Assembly (NCBI GenBank): GCA_963780185.1
Contig: CAWABA010000007.1
Location: 185,175 to 249,174 of the forward strand
Reading direction: 5' to 3'
Source of the DNA: Candidatus Bathyarchaeota archaeon
GTDB lineage: Archaea > Thermoproteota > Bathyarchaeia > Bathyarchaeales > Bathycorpusculaceae
DNA: 64,000 nucleotides
Both the position numbers and the translations under genes were made by a program. Positions 53,722 through 64,000 of this stretch are shown one piece after another. Positions within the stretch are counted from its first letter, which is position 1; each line of letters opens with the position of its first letter. The notes beneath the pieces were generated by a model. It saw only the letters and a program-made list of their open reading frames with translations, made no database searches and had not been told where the DNA came from.

Positions 53722-54516
53722 TTAAGATAATCCTAGCACATCAGCCATGCTGTAGACCCTTGGCTCGTTCTGCCTGCTTAACCACTCCGCCGCATAAACA
53801 GCACCCTGCGCAAGCACGTTTCGCGAAAACGCCGTATGCTCTATTCGCAGCATCTCGTAGGGTCCCGCAACAATTAGGTCGTGAATTCCAGGAACTCCGC
53901 CTGCACGCAACGCCGAGATTTCAAGTTCGCCCGATTGACGTGGGCTTATGCCTTCGCGTCCCGTAACAACTTTGGTGTAGCCGCGGGCGTTGGCAACGAT
54001 TTCGCCAAGCTTCTTGGCGGTCCCGCTTGGAGCATCCTTCTTGCCTGTATGGTGTATTTCGCTTATGCTGAAATCATACCCTTCGGGGAAAGCCTTCAAC
54101 GATTCTGCCAGTTTGAAGAGGATGTTGACGCCTACGGAGTAGTTTGGTGAGAAAACGGCCGGAATTTTGCCCGTCATCGCATTCACGACTAGGCGATTCT
54201 GCTCTGGCGTGAGCCCTGTGGTGCCTAAGATTACCCGTTTTCCAAGGTTAGCCACAATCGGAATGTTCACTACCTCGGCGGCAGGCGATGTGAAACTGAT
54301 GTAAGTGTCTGCGTTTTGAACTGCCTCTCTGAGTCTGTCGGAACTCATAATTTGCGTGTCAGAATTAGAGATACCGAGTTCTCTTAGGGTTTTGCCTACG
54401 CATTGATTATTGGGGGCTTCGATGGCTCCGACAATCTGGTGCCCTTTGGCTGTGGCTTCCGTTATGATGGCGTTGCCCATTCTGCCTGCGGCGCCGGCAA
54501 TGCAGAGCTTAAGCAT
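53722..54516 (-). CDS. dapB: 4-hydroxy-tetrahydrodipicolinate reductase
   Basis: GAAGRMG, GTTG, EIHHTGKKDAPSGTA. Confidence 0.95.
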   Translation of the reverse strand: MLKLCIAGAAGRMGNAIITEATAKGHQIVGAIEAPNNQCVGKTLRELGISNSDTQIMSSDRLREAVQNADTYISFTSPAAEVVNIPIVANLGKRVILGTTGLTPEQNRLVVNAMTGKIPAVFSPNYSVGVNILFKLAESLKAFPEGYDFSISEIHHTGKKDAPSGTAKKLGEIVANARGYTKVVTGREGISPRQSGELEISALRAGGVPGIHDLIVAGPYEMLRIEHTAFSRNVLAQGAVYAAEWLSRQNEPRVYSMADVLGLS

Positions 54517-55546
54517 AGAAGAGCCCTTCCAGGTAGCGTTCATTGTAAAGTCGGTCTTTCAAATCCACGTTGAAAGTGTCTGCTATGGGCTTGAGAATTT
54601 CAGGGTTGCTTTCGTAAACTTTTCTGGCGTTTGCAAGAACCACATCTAAGCCGTTGCGAGTCATTTTTCCAAGCGGCTGCCTGCATGGACCAGAAGGCAT
54701 CCCTAACACATTCATCAACGTCTTGTAAGCCAAGGGATTGCGAGCTTTGCAGGAGACTGCGCCGTAAGGTGTAGGTTCCTGTGTCTTCACTGTAACAATG
54801 CTGAAGAGCGGTTGGAGCGCCTGTGCAATTACGCTGGCGGCTTCCTCGTTTCCATCCAGCAAATAATGAACCATGTCAACAACAGCGCTTGGAGCAACAT
54901 TTGAGACGACTGAAATGACCCCGCTTGCCGATATGTCTGGCGAAATCATCATGGTGTAGGTTTTGTCGTCGTCGCCTGAAAGGATGTCGAAGTCTTGACC
55001 GCAGAATTCCCGTATCAACTCGGCGTTCTTCAAGTCGCAAGTTGCTTCCTTCACGCAGCTTACGTTTGGGTACTGCTGATGAAGAATGGCGAGGTCCTGT
55101 GGGTGAAGTTGGGTTCCTGTTCTTCCAGGGATAATGTATGGGATAATTTGAACTTTGGGAAACTGCTTTGCGATGGGCTCAACGTATTCCCTTCGGATTT
55201 CCAATGAACTCGGACCGTTGTAATATGGGTCTACGAGCAGAACGCAGTTGACGCCTGTTCGTTGGGCATGTTCTGTGCCTTCAATGGCTTCCTGGGTTGA
55301 GTTGCTTCCGGTTCCTGCGATGGTTAAGACCCTTGGGCTTGCGTACTCGTGTACCTTTTCGATTACTTTATTGTGTTCACTCCAATCTAAAGTGGGGCTT
55401 TCGCCGGTTGTGCCGACGGCAAGTATTCCTTTTGCGCCCTGCTCTATCTGGAAATCTACCAGTTTACGTAATCCTTCATAATCGACTTGGCCACTTTGGG
55501 TCATTGGCGTTATTAAAGCGGTGTAACAGCCACTAAATCTTACCAT
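54509..55546 (-). CDS. dapA: 4-hydroxy-tetrahydrodipicolinate synthase
   Basis: ALITP, GTTGESPTL, PYYN, VKEA, SGDD. Confidence 0.95.
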   Translation of the reverse strand: MVRFSGCYTALITPMTQSGQVDYEGLRKLVDFQIEQGAKGILAVGTTGESPTLDWSEHNKVIEKVHEYASPRVLTIAGTGSNSTQEAIEGTEHAQRTGVNCVLLVDPYYNGPSSLEIRREYVEPIAKQFPKVQIIPYIIPGRTGTQLHPQDLAILHQQYPNVSCVKEATCDLKNAELIREFCGQDFDILSGDDDKTYTMMISPDISASGVISVVSNVAPSAVVDMVHYLLDGNEEAASVIAQALQPLFSIVTVKTQEPTPYGAVSCKARNPLAYKTLMNVLGMPSGPCRQPLGKMTRNGLDVVLANARKVYESNPEILKPIADTFNVDLKDRLYNERYLEGLFYA

Positions 55547-55694
55547 TTCGAATTCCTCATTTAGTTGAATCAATCAAGCATCGATATTATTTAAGCATTA
55601 CGTTTTAATTATATTTTTTACTAAAATCGCAAAACAATGCCCACCACCGCCCAACCCGCTCAGAAATATGGCGGATTTCGCAAAAGATACAATT

Positions 55695-56015
55695 TTAACT
55701 TATCAACGGCGCAACATGATAAGCCGCAAAAACGCCATCGTATCCATCGTAGAGACGACGCAAATAAGCAGCCGCTTCCTCCACCGTGGCGGCAGAAGGA
55801 ATAACCAGCCTATAATTATCAGCTCGTACAACTTCTTCAATCCTTCCCGTTTCCCGTTTCGTTATCTTCATGCGCAGAACTTTTCGACCTGACAGATAAA
55901 CTGCAATTTCTCCGCGCCGAGGCTCGCCTTTTCGGACATCGATTGTTTTTTTACCTGTTCGTAACCACTCGAACGCTTCTTTCTTTGTGCGGAAGACAGG
56001 CAAGTAAGCACCCAA
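55695..56015 (-). CDS. ASCH-domain protein
   Basis: F.WLRTGKKTIDVR. Confidence 0.75.
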   Translation of the reverse strand: MGAYLPVFRTKKEAFEWLRTGKKTIDVRKGEPRRGEIAVYLSGRKVLRMKITKRETGRIEEVVRADNYRLVIPSAATVEEAAAYLRRLYDGYDGVFAAYHVAPLIS

Positions 56016-56107
56016 ATGAAAATGAAAAAGACTAAAAAATAAGCTTTAAGTAGAAATCCGAATAGAAAACGGAATATGAAAAAATGGGTGGAACGAGAAG
56101 ACTCGGT

Positions 56108-56305
56108 TTAACCTTTGCCTTTCTCTTCTTTACCGAAGTATTTGGTCCATTTTAGCTTGCGTGCATCGCGTTTGAACAGTAGGGAACTTTTCTTGCATTT
56201 GCCGGAATCGAACCATAGGATTGACCCGTCGTTTTTGACGTACATCATGCCTGTCCCAGCTGGGAAATCAGCACCACAGAACGAACATTTACGATTTTTC
56301 GGCAT
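56108..56305 (-). CDS. rpl24e: 50S ribosomal protein L24e
   Basis: CSFCG...GTGMMYV.NDG...KLKWT. Confidence 0.95.
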   Translation of the reverse strand: MPKNRKCSFCGADFPAGTGMMYVKNDGSILWFDSGKCKKSSLLFKRDARKLKWTKYFGKEEKGKG

Positions 56306-56326
56306 GGAATTTTTCTCCTAAACAAT

Positions 56327-56545
56327 TTACCTGGTGATTTTCTTTGCTTCTCTTTCTGTTTCTCTCAGCATCAGAATATCTTGCGTTCGCACTGGCCCTT
56401 TAACGTTGCGTGTTATGATTCTACCCTTGTCTTTGCCTTCCATGATTCGCACTCTAACCTGCGTGATTTCGCCAGTAACGCCAGTTCGACCTATGATTTG
56501 GATAACTTCAGACGGAATAAGTTCTTCAGCTGATTCTTTGCTCAT
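56327..56545 (-). CDS. rps28e: 30S ribosomal protein S28e
   Basis: GRTGVTGE...RNVKGPVR...ETEREA. Confidence 0.96.
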   Translation of the reverse strand: MSKESAEELIPSEVIQIIGRTGVTGEITQVRVRIMEGKDKGRIITRNVKGPVRTQDILMLRETEREAKKITR

Positions 56546-56925
56546 TACTGAGATCCTCGTTTAACCTGGTCAATCCGCGTGATGATTTCTTTGATTAAGC
56601 CTGTGGCTTCGCCTTCCCTGAGAATGCATGCTGCTGCACACGGAACATCGATTCCTAACGCGGCTCCCAGTTTGATTTTTTCCGGGACAAAAACGAATGG
56701 AATCTTTCTTTCGTCGCAGAGAAGCGGCAAATGTGCTACTACTTCCGGTGGATCTACGTCTTCTGCTATTACGACAAGTTTTGCTTGGGCTCGTTCAACA
56801 GCTTTTGTTGCCTCGTTTGTTCCTTTCCTAACTGTTCCTGATTTTGAAGCAATTGATAGGGCTTCATAGGCTGCATCTACGATTTCTTTCGGTACTTCAT
56901 ATTTTACATAAAACGGTTTTGACAT
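56545..56925 (-). CDS. rpl7ae: Ribosomal protein L7Ae
   Basis: [27 protein letters not shown]. Confidence 0.97.
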   Translation of the reverse strand: MSKPFYVKYEVPKEIVDAAYEALSIASKSGTVRKGTNEATKAVERAQAKLVVIAEDVDPPEVVAHLPLLCDERKIPFVFVPEKIKLGAALGIDVPCAAACILREGEATGLIKEIITRIDQVKRGSQ

Positions 56926-57078
56926 ATTGGCCTCACCCTTTTAAGGCACAGTTTTATCCACAGTTCTTCTTTAAGAAGCTTTCGACTCGAAAACCTGAGT
57001 ATTTGTCATGCCCTTATAAATACTTTAGAAAGCTTTAAATAAAGATTTACGGTCACCTACAATGTTTTCGAGAGGGGA

Positions 57079-57339
57079 ATGGCGCGTTTGCAAAAATTAG
57101 GAAGAGTGCGGGCGTTAACTCCATCTAAAAACATTATTGTGAGGACAGAAAAAGCCCCCAAAATCGGCACAGAAGTTGTTGATGAGAACCTCAAAGTTAT
57201 CGGTAAAGTTTTCGATATTATAGGTCCAGTGTCTGCTCCTTATGCAGTAGTCAAACCGACAATAAGTGAACCGGTTAAACTGTTGAATAAGCCAGTGTAC
57301 TTGCTTCTCTCGAAAACAAAGAGGAGCTATAATGAATGA
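57079..57339 (+). CDS. gar1: Gar1/Naf1 H/ACA RNP protein
   Basis: [13 protein letters not shown]; upstream of tfb. Confidence 0.88.
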   Translation: MARLQKLGRVRALTPSKNIIVRTEKAPKIGTEVVDENLKVIGKVFDIIGPVSAPYAVVKPTISEPVKLLNKPVYLLLSKTKRSYNE

Positions 57340-58302
57340 TTGGAGACAGCAAGATACATGAAGAACCCGACCTATCTGCAAAAACAGAAGCCCCAAAAAC
57401 CCAGCCTTGCCCTGAATGCGGCAGCCTCCGCCTGATGCGCGACTACGAGCAAGCTGAAATAGTATGCATGGACTGCGGCTTCGTGGTGCAGCAGAAAATA
57501 GCTGACCGCGGACCCGAATGGAGGGCTTTTGACGACGAGCAGAGGTCGAAAAGAACCAGGGTTGGAGCACCCTTAACCTACACCATCCACGATAAAGGGT
57601 TGTCAACAACAATCGATTGGCATGATCGAGACATCTACGGTAAAAGCCTCTCGCCAGGGCAGAAAGCGCAGGTTTATCGTCTAAGAAAATGGCAGAGACG
57701 CATCAGAGTTTCAGACGCAACGGAGCGAAACTTGGCGTTTCGCCCTCTCAGAAATAACAAAGATCTCCAACAACTTGAATCTGCCAAAAAACATTCTTGA
57801 AACAGCTTCAGTGATTTACCGAAAAGCGGTGAAGGAGCGTCTGATCCGAGGCAGGTCAATTCAGGGTGTTACTTCGGCGGCACTTTACTTAGCCTGCAGA
57901 CAATGCGCTTTGCCCCGCACCTTAGATGAAATCGCTCAAGCTTCAAACGTTAACAAGAAAGAAGTTGGGAGAAGCTACCGTTTCCTAATAAGAGAATTAA
58001 ACTATTCAATCCCGCCGCTCAGACCAAGCCAATACATCACAAAGTTTTCCAACCAATTCACCATGCAAGGCAAAGTTGAAGAAATCGCACATAAAATCCT
58101 CGCGGCAGCCAAAGAACTTAAGCTCACGTCAGGTAGAGGTCCAACAGGAATAGCTGCGGCAGCAAGCTACGTCGCGTCGGTTCTGACAGGTGAACGCAAA
58201 ACCCAGAGGGAAATCGCGGAAATCGCACAGGTAACTGAAGTCACCATTCGGAACAGGTACAAGGAACTTGTTGAACGGCTGATGTTCCAGATAAGCATCT
58301 AA
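57336..58302 (+). CDS. tfb: Transcription initiation factor IIB (frameshift near 57740)
   Basis: [29 protein letters not shown]. Confidence 0.96.
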
Positions 58303-58366
58303 CCGCCCTTTTCTATTTAGATTCGCAGCGGTGAGAATCCAGACGGCGAACAAGTCCAACAGAAAA

Positions 58367-58622
58367 ATGCCACAAGAGCCGAAAATGGATGAGTTGGTTT
58401 GCAAGCTTAGGGAAATACAGGTTGGACTTAAACAAAGTCTATCGGACCTGCAGCAGAATCTTGAAGAGTTGGATTCTGAGCCTGAATTGTTGACGCGACT
58501 GGAGAATGCCAAAGCGTGACGCGGAAGCAAGAGCCAGCAGTCTTGAAGCCGAAGTTAAGCAGCTTCGTGAAGAGCTTAAATCCATCCGAGACTTCTTGGC
58601 GTCTAACGGCGAGAAAAAATAA
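58367..58622 (+). CDS. Small coiled-coil protein (frameshifted)
   Basis: Heptad pattern; continues DAEARASSLEAEVKQLREELKSIR in another frame. Confidence 0.55.
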
Positions 58623-58681
58623 TTCGCCTGAATTCTTTTTAATTACACAGCTATTTTTTTAAGCAGCCTGACTGCATACCT

Positions 58682-59302
58682 ATGCATATGCCCTATAAAT
58701 TTACCTTCGACCTGTCAAAGGTACCGCATTTCTTCTTCGCCGAAATCGCCGCGGTAAGTTACCAGAAGGGCATGCATAGAACTTTAATTAAGAAATTGCA
58801 GGAAATGATTTTAAAATTCAAAATCCAAGAAGCCACAGGACTCAACCTTTCTGACGCTTTAGTTTTGCTTCAGGATTTCATTGACTTGCAAGCGGTCAAC
58901 ATGATTGAGCGAGGCAAATTCTTGCAGACCAAGAAAAGAGCGCTTTTTCTTTCCCACTGCACAAGAAAATATTTGGACGGCCGTTGCAAAGCAGTTTTTG
59001 ACGCACAAATCCCATCCTATTCATGTGCTCACTGCTCAGAAGACTGCCTAGTTAACCAGGCTGACAGCTTAGCCAGAAACAAAGGCTATGACGTTTACGT
59101 TGTGCCTGGCGGTTCCTGTGTTCCGAATATCTTGAAAAATACGCATTACGAGGGTGTGGTGGGAATTGCCTGTGGTGAAGAAATGAAAGTTTTAAGTCCG
59201 CTGCTAAACAGCATGGATGTGGCTGGGCAAGCTGTGCCGCTGTTGAAGAATGGCTGTGCAAACACCGTTTTTAATATAGAAACGCTTGTGAAAGTTCTCT
59301 AG
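58682..59302 (+). CDS. DUF116 family protein (paralog 1)
   Basis: FLSHC, CAHCSEDC, GYDVYVVPGGS, GIACG, PLLKNGC. Confidence 0.85.
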   Translation: MHMPYKFTFDLSKVPHFFFAEIAAVSYQKGMHRTLIKKLQEMILKFKIQEATGLNLSDALVLLQDFIDLQAVNMIERGKFLQTKKRALFLSHCTRKYLDGRCKAVFDAQIPSYSCAHCSEDCLVNQADSLARNKGYDVYVVPGGSCVPNILKNTHYEGVVGIACGEEMKVLSPLLNSMDVAGQAVPLLKNGCANTVFNIETLVKVL

Positions 59303-59482
59303 TTTCACAGCTGGTTTTTCGCGGCTTCTCGTTGCTTCTTCACTTTTATCAGTTCATTTTGCATTTGCTCTAAACCGTTGAAAACGTGGCGTTCATGAGC
59401 TGAATTGCTAAAACAATTTGCCCTGACAAAAGCAAATTTAAAAGATATTGTTTTTAAGATTGGCTCTTCATTCATCTGAACT

Positions 59483-60097
59483 ATGCCCTACAAATTCACT
59501 TTCGACATTTCAAAGGCTCCGCAACACTTTTTCATAGAACTCGCGGTAATCGGCAACCAAATGGGCATGCAGAAAGTTATTGAAAAAACACTGCAGGAAT
59601 TAATAAAAAAATTCGGAATCCAAGAAGTCAGTGGACTTAACATCCAAGACGCCGTAATACTGATTCAAGACCTACTCAAAATGCAGACTTTGAATTTAAT
59701 CGAAAAACAAGAGTTTTCGCAAAGCAAAAAAAGGGCTCTGTTCCTTCCTCACTGCTGCAGGAAATACATGGACAGCCGATGCCAAGCAGTTTTTGAGCCG
59801 ACCCTGAATTCTTATGTCTGTGCCCACTGCTCACCCGACTGCTATGTCAACAAGGCGGAGCGGCTTGCAAAAGAAAAAGGTTACGACGTTTACGTTTTAT
59901 CCGGCGGTTCTTGTATGCCTAATATTTTGAAGCAGAAAAAATACGAGGGCGTCGTGGGGGTTGCATGCGGTCCAGAAGTGGTTATGTCAGGCGAAAAGCT
60001 GAGCAGCATGGGCATTGCTTGGCAATCTGTTCCGTTGCTGAAGAACGGCTGCGCAAATACCATTTTTAACATGGAAACGCTCGTAAAAATCCTCTAA
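59483..60097 (+). CDS. DUF116 family protein (paralog 2)
   Basis: FLPHC, CAHCSPDC, GYDVYVLSGGS, GVACG, PLLKNGC. Confidence 0.85.
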   Translation: MPYKFTFDISKAPQHFFIELAVIGNQMGMQKVIEKTLQELIKKFGIQEVSGLNIQDAVILIQDLLKMQTLNLIEKQEFSQSKKRALFLPHCCRKYMDSRCQAVFEPTLNSYVCAHCSPDCYVNKAERLAKEKGYDVYVLSGGSCMPNILKQKKYEGVVGVACGPEVVMSGEKLSSMGIAWQSVPLLKNGCANTIFNMETLVKIL

Positions 60098-60178
60098 TCC
60101 GAGAGCCTGTTTTTTCGCGGAAGTTTGGGTTTGGCAAACCTTATAATTTAACCCCCAAGATATTAGCCTGATATAAAA

Positions 60179-60370
60179 TTGCCTTCGAAAGCAAAACCTA
60201 AAACAAAAAAATTCTACAGGACGGGCGAAAAATGCCCAGAATCAGGCTTATGGGAGCACTTCTGCAAGGAAAAAGCTGAAGAATCCCGGATTCCCCTCTC
60301 CAAAACCGAGACGTTTCCACCCTGCAGGACTTGCGGTTCAGTAAGATGGAAACTTTCAGTGGCAGCGTAG
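60179..60370 (+). CDS. YjzC-like small Zn protein
   Basis: TGEKCPESG.W...ETFPPC...W. Confidence 0.7.
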   Translation: MPSKAKPKTKKFYRTGEKCPESGLWEHFCKEKAEESRIPLSKTETFPPCRTCGSVRWKLSVAA

Positions 60371-60518
60371 GCGCAAAATAAGTTAAGCGTTGCCGCTGGG
60401 GTAATTCTCGTAGCCTCGATTAAGACAAGGCTCCATGAACAAAAGGCAACTGAGCGCTTTTTTCCCGGCAGCAACAATCTGGCTAATCTGCTGAACGAAA
60501 TAAAAGAAAAGTGAACGA

Positions 60519-60680
60519 TTACTTTACGATTTCTCGTTTCTTCCAGCGCAGGTTCTTGCCTTTGCATTTTCTACATTTAACCGCGGTTTCTGCGTTTCGT
60601 GCGCCGCAGTCTCTGCAGATTTTCATGTAAAGCCTGTGCTTTTGTGCGATGGCTTTCTTAACTGGATCTAATATCGGCAT
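60519..60680 (-). CDS. rpl40e: 50S ribosomal protein L40e
   Basis: MPILDPVKKAIAQKHRLYMKICRDCGARN...KCRKC...LRWKKRE; not in the ORF track. Confidence 0.93.
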   Translation of the reverse strand: MPILDPVKKAIAQKHRLYMKICRDCGARNAETAVKCRKCKGKNLRWKKREIVK

Positions 60681-60774
60681 TTTGTTGTTGACCTTCTATT
60701 TTGGCTAAGTCTTTGATGCTTAAGTATCAAATATACCTTTTTGTCGTCATCTGCAATTTGGAGAGAGAATGCGG

Positions 60775-61242
60775 CTATTTGATTTCTTCAATCGTCACGT
60801 ATGACCGGGTATCTTCTATTCCGTCTATGCCGTATAGTTTCTTGAGGACGTCGTCGAGGTTGTCCCGTTCAACAATGATTAAGGCGTCTACTTCGCCTGC
60901 TATTCGGAAGGCTCTGGAGACGGCGAGTTCTCGGATTTGGTCGTAAACATGTATTCTTTTGATTGGGGAAACTTTGAGGAGGATGAATGCGGGGGTTGTG
61001 GATATGCCGAGTGCGTTGAGGCCTTTGTCGGTGACGTCTATGAAGCCTCTGCCTGTGCGGATGTACCCGCGGCTTTTTAGTTTGCGCAGGTGCACATTTA
61101 ATGCTTGTCTGCTTACGCCTAGTTGTCCTGATAACTCGTCTTGTTTTACTCTGAGGGTGTAAGTGTTTGTGGATTTTCCTTTTTCGTAGAGGGTTTTTAA
61201 AAGCTGGATTGAACGTTTAGTTAGTGGTTCCAAATTGGTCAC
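60775..61242 (-). CDS. Lrp/AsnC-family regulator
   Basis: HTH GVSRQALNVHLRKL plus a RAM-like domain. Confidence 0.8.
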   Translation of the reverse strand: MTNLEPLTKRSIQLLKTLYEKGKSTNTYTLRVKQDELSGQLGVSRQALNVHLRKLKSRGYIRTGRGFIDVTDKGLNALGISTTPAFILLKVSPIKRIHVYDQIRELAVSRAFRIAGEVDALIIVERDNLDDVLKKLYGIDGIEDTRSYVTIEEIK

Positions 61243-61472
61243 TTACGTGATGTTTGTTAAGTTAAATCTTTACAATAGTGAGGGGTTGCTTAAATAATTT
61301 AATGCTTCAAACAAGCAAAAAAGGAAGCGTTCGAAAGGCATGCTAGCAGGCATCCGAAAACCTATTTGCCGATTTACAGTAAGAAGTCAAAGCTTTGTAC
61401 CACAACCTATTTATTTTGAGGGAAATCTTTACTGAAGCCACTTAAAAAGTAAACTAGGAGTGAAGCGAGGGC

Positions 61473-61751
61473 GTGCCCGAAGTCAACGCGGTCTTGATTG
61501 GAAAAAAGCCGATAATGAACTATGTCCTTGCATGCATCACGTTCTTCCATGGCGGAGCAAAAGAAGTAAGCATTAAGGCGCGGGGAAGAGCCATCAGTCG
61601 AGCAATAGATGTGGCGGAAGTCGTTAGGCACAGGTTTCTTCCAGACGTAAAGATCAAAAGCATCGGAATCGGAACGGATCTGTTGGCGCCGCGAGAGGAA
61701 GGCAATTCGTCGACTAACGTGAGCACAATTGAAATAACGTTGATTAGGTAG
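61473..61751 (+). CDS. albA: DNA/RNA-binding protein Alba
   Basis: [31 protein letters not shown]. Confidence 0.96.
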   Translation: MPEVNAVLIGKKPIMNYVLACITFFHGGAKEVSIKARGRAISRAIDVAEVVRHRFLPDVKIKSIGIGTDLLAPREEGNSSTNVSTIEITLIR

Positions 61752-61796
61752 GCATGTGGTAGCGGAACTCCTTATTTGCAGGAAAACAGACACGCA

Positions 61797-62306
61797 ATGA
61801 AAACCGAACTATGCAGTTTCTGCTTGAAGAGCGGAATGTTATGTCAGAAGTGTTCAGCTAAAGTTAAAGCAGGCGAGATAAGCGAGGTAGACCTCAAAAT
61901 CGCGCGTTTACTTCTGTCTCTCGAAGAGAAGTATCCTAGCCTGCAAAACGTATGCTTCTACAAGGCAGTTGACGTAGAGAAAACCTTAGCCATCATCGTC
62001 GGCCACGGAGACGTTCCTAAACTGTTAGGTTACAGTGGAAAAATCGTGAAGACCATCGGCGACGAGACAGGCAAGAACGTTAAGGTTTTGGAGAACGGGG
62101 TTGATGACCGCAAATTCCTCGAAGACCTTTTCATACCCTTCAGCATACTGACCATCAACACGATCTGGCTTCCAGACGGCACAACGGAGACCCGAGTTAT
62201 TCTTAAGCGCAAACGTGGCGCGCAGATGCCTTATGACCTTAAGGCTTTAAAGGAAATCGCTAGTAAAGTACGTAACATGTCCTTACGCGTTGAAATTGCG
62301 GATTAA
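61797..62306 (+). CDS. NusA-like KH-domain protein with N-terminal Zn motif
   Basis: CSFCLKSGMLCQKC; LLGYSGKIVK. Confidence 0.75.
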   Translation: MKTELCSFCLKSGMLCQKCSAKVKAGEISEVDLKIARLLLSLEEKYPSLQNVCFYKAVDVEKTLAIIVGHGDVPKLLGYSGKIVKTIGDETGKNVKVLENGVDDRKFLEDLFIPFSILTINTIWLPDGTTETRVILKRKRGAQMPYDLKALKEIASKVRNMSLRVEIAD

Positions 62307-62320
62307 GGATCGGCGATTGT

Positions 62321-63649
62321 ATGAACTTGGACTCTATCGGCGACTGGAGTAGAACTCACTATACAAGCACTGTTGCCCCTGAACTTGACGGGGGCGAAGT
62401 GACGCTTTTCGGTTGGGTACAGGAAATCCGTGACTTAGGCGGCATACGTTTTATCATTATGCAGGACCGAGAGGGTACCATCCAAATCACTATTCCTAAG
62501 AAAAGAATTTTGCCTGAAGTCCTCGCAAAGTCGGATTTTCTGCAGAAAAGATTCTGCTTCGCCGTGAAGGGAACTGGTTAAGAAAACAACGATGACTCCG
62601 AGAGGCATCGAAGTTATCCCGAACGCTATCAAAATCTTGAGTGCAGCCACAGAACAGTTGCCTATCGACATCACCGGGAAGACTCCTGCCCTCATAGAAG
62701 CGCGGTTAGATGCGCGGGCTCTGGATCTGTCGTTGGAGAAAAGTTTAGCTGCGTTCAAAATTCAGCATGTGGCTCTCGAAGCGATTCGAAGCTACCTCTT
62801 TGAGAAGGGCTTTTTAGAAGTTCACACTCCACGCATTATTGGGTCGGCTACGGAGGGCGGCGCGGAGCTTTTCAGCGTGGATTATTTTGGTCAGAAAGCG
62901 TATCTTGCGCAGAGTCCGCAGCTTTACAAAGAAGAGTTGACGATGAGCTTCGAGAAGGTTTTCGAGGTTGGCCCGTTTTTCCGCGCGGAAGAGTCGCATA
63001 CTCGTCGGCACCTGAGCGAGTTCACGTCGGTGGATATTGAGGCGGCTTTTGCGAACGCCCAAGACGTCATGGCGCTTCTTGAGCAGGTTATTCATCATGC
63101 GTGCAGCACTGTTCGGGAGAAGTGCAAAGCTGAGTTGTCCACTCTCAAGTACAAGTTTGAGGTGCCTGAGGTTCCGTTTAAACGCTTAACTTACGACCAG
63201 GTTCTTGGCGACCTCAAGGCGCAGGGCGTTTCGATTCCATGGGGCGAAGACATCCCAACCGAAGCCTTCCGCGAACTCGCCAAACTCTACCCCTTCTTCT
63301 ACTTCATAACCGACTGGCCAACCCACGCCAAAGCCTTCTACATTAAACCGCGCGAGGATAAGCCTGAGGTTTGTGAAGGCTTCGATTTGATGTGGCGCTA
63401 CATCGAGTTGGTGTCGGGCGGAACAAGAATCAGCCAAAAAGAGCAGCTCATGGCAGCGGATGACTGAGAAAGGGTTGAATCCTGAATCCTTCAAGTACAC
63501 GAGTCCATCTGCAGGCGTTCGACTACGGTATGCCGCCGCACGCTGGATGGGCAATCGGGCTGGAGCGGCTAACGATGATTATGACTGGGAAGAAAAACAT
63601 CCGCGAAGTCACATTGTACCCGCGGGACAGAGTGAGGCTAACGCCGTAA
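62321..63649 (+). CDS. aspS: Aspartyl-tRNA synthetase (frameshifted)
   Basis: [48 protein letters not shown]. Confidence 0.95.
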
Positions 63650-63668
63650 ACCGAACCAGCTTTAGGAG

Positions 63669-63774
63669 CCATTTTTACCTCTGGATTTTGATGTAAAGAC
63701 TAGACCCCCTCCCCCCTCGGCGGGTAGCGCTCAGAGCTTGCTTCTGGTTGCTTTTCTGGTTTAGAGCTCAATCC
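63669..63774 (-). repeat. Diverged partial copy C of the dispersed repeat
   Basis: CCATTTTT...TGTAAA.ACTAGACCCC.TCCC...GGTTGCTTTT...AATCC matches the terminal half of copies A and B. Confidence 0.65.
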
Positions 63775-64000
63775 AAGCAGAACGCTGAATCCGAACCCTA
63801 CACGGAAAAGCAGAACCCACAGGTTTTTCAGGTGCCAATCGATTTACGCGGCCTTCACGTAGAACCCGCAAGAAACCACGAATTCGCCGATTGCCCACGT
63901 CAAAGCTTCGTTAACTATCATCTAAAATCTTTAACTATTACTTTTCGAGCATAGTTAAAGCCGAATCGGAGAAGCAATTGAAAGAAGAGTCGGTCAAGAA

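Noticed and set aside
36197-63649. Programmed frameshifting or true pseudogenes in rtcB, adk, tfb, aspS and others
   Set aside because: Too many unrelated essential genes are affected with no shared slippery motif; sequencing error is simpler
1-64000. CRISPR array, rRNA, IS transposase, and the many antisense ORFs in the track
   Set aside because: No regularly spaced repeats, rRNA signatures or DDE/TnpB motifs were seen; the antisense ORFs are shadows of real genes

Overview
Archaeal chromosomal segment, probably Bathyarchaeia (inferred from TFB, Alba, Gar1, L7Ae/S28e/L24e/L40e, an Elf1-like gene, F420-dependent Mtd and an AbrB-PhoU regulator). Housekeeping content: glycogen/alpha-glucan genes (GT4s, GH57), type I gap-pgk, hypA/mrp, tldD/pmbA, rtcB/archease, adk, mtd, a complete DapL-type lysine operon, ribosomal proteins, tfb, aspS and tRNA-Gly(TCC). 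The main discovery is a 4.1-kb integrated element (17115-21252). It is flanked by 27-bp direct repeats inside the 3' end of a glycosyltransferase gene rather than a tRNA. Its tyrosine integrase is split at the att site: the promoter and first 14 codons are at the right end and the other 329 codons at the left end, so the gene is whole only in the excised circle. The element also carries an HUH rolling-circle Rep split in frame by TGA-ATG and a hairpin-rich non-coding region. Other findings: a second, decayed split-integrase island at tRNA-Gly with a HEPN-motif gene, a ~230-bp dispersed repeat family (3 copies), a TraB/TIKI-like domain fused to MtdB, an ABC-type ATPase + PIN pair, and a membrane-anchored UvrD-nuclease island. 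From ~23.4 kb onward many genes, including essential ones, carry single-base frameshifts that are most likely sequencing or assembly errors. All family assignments come from motif recognition by eye; no database search was run.
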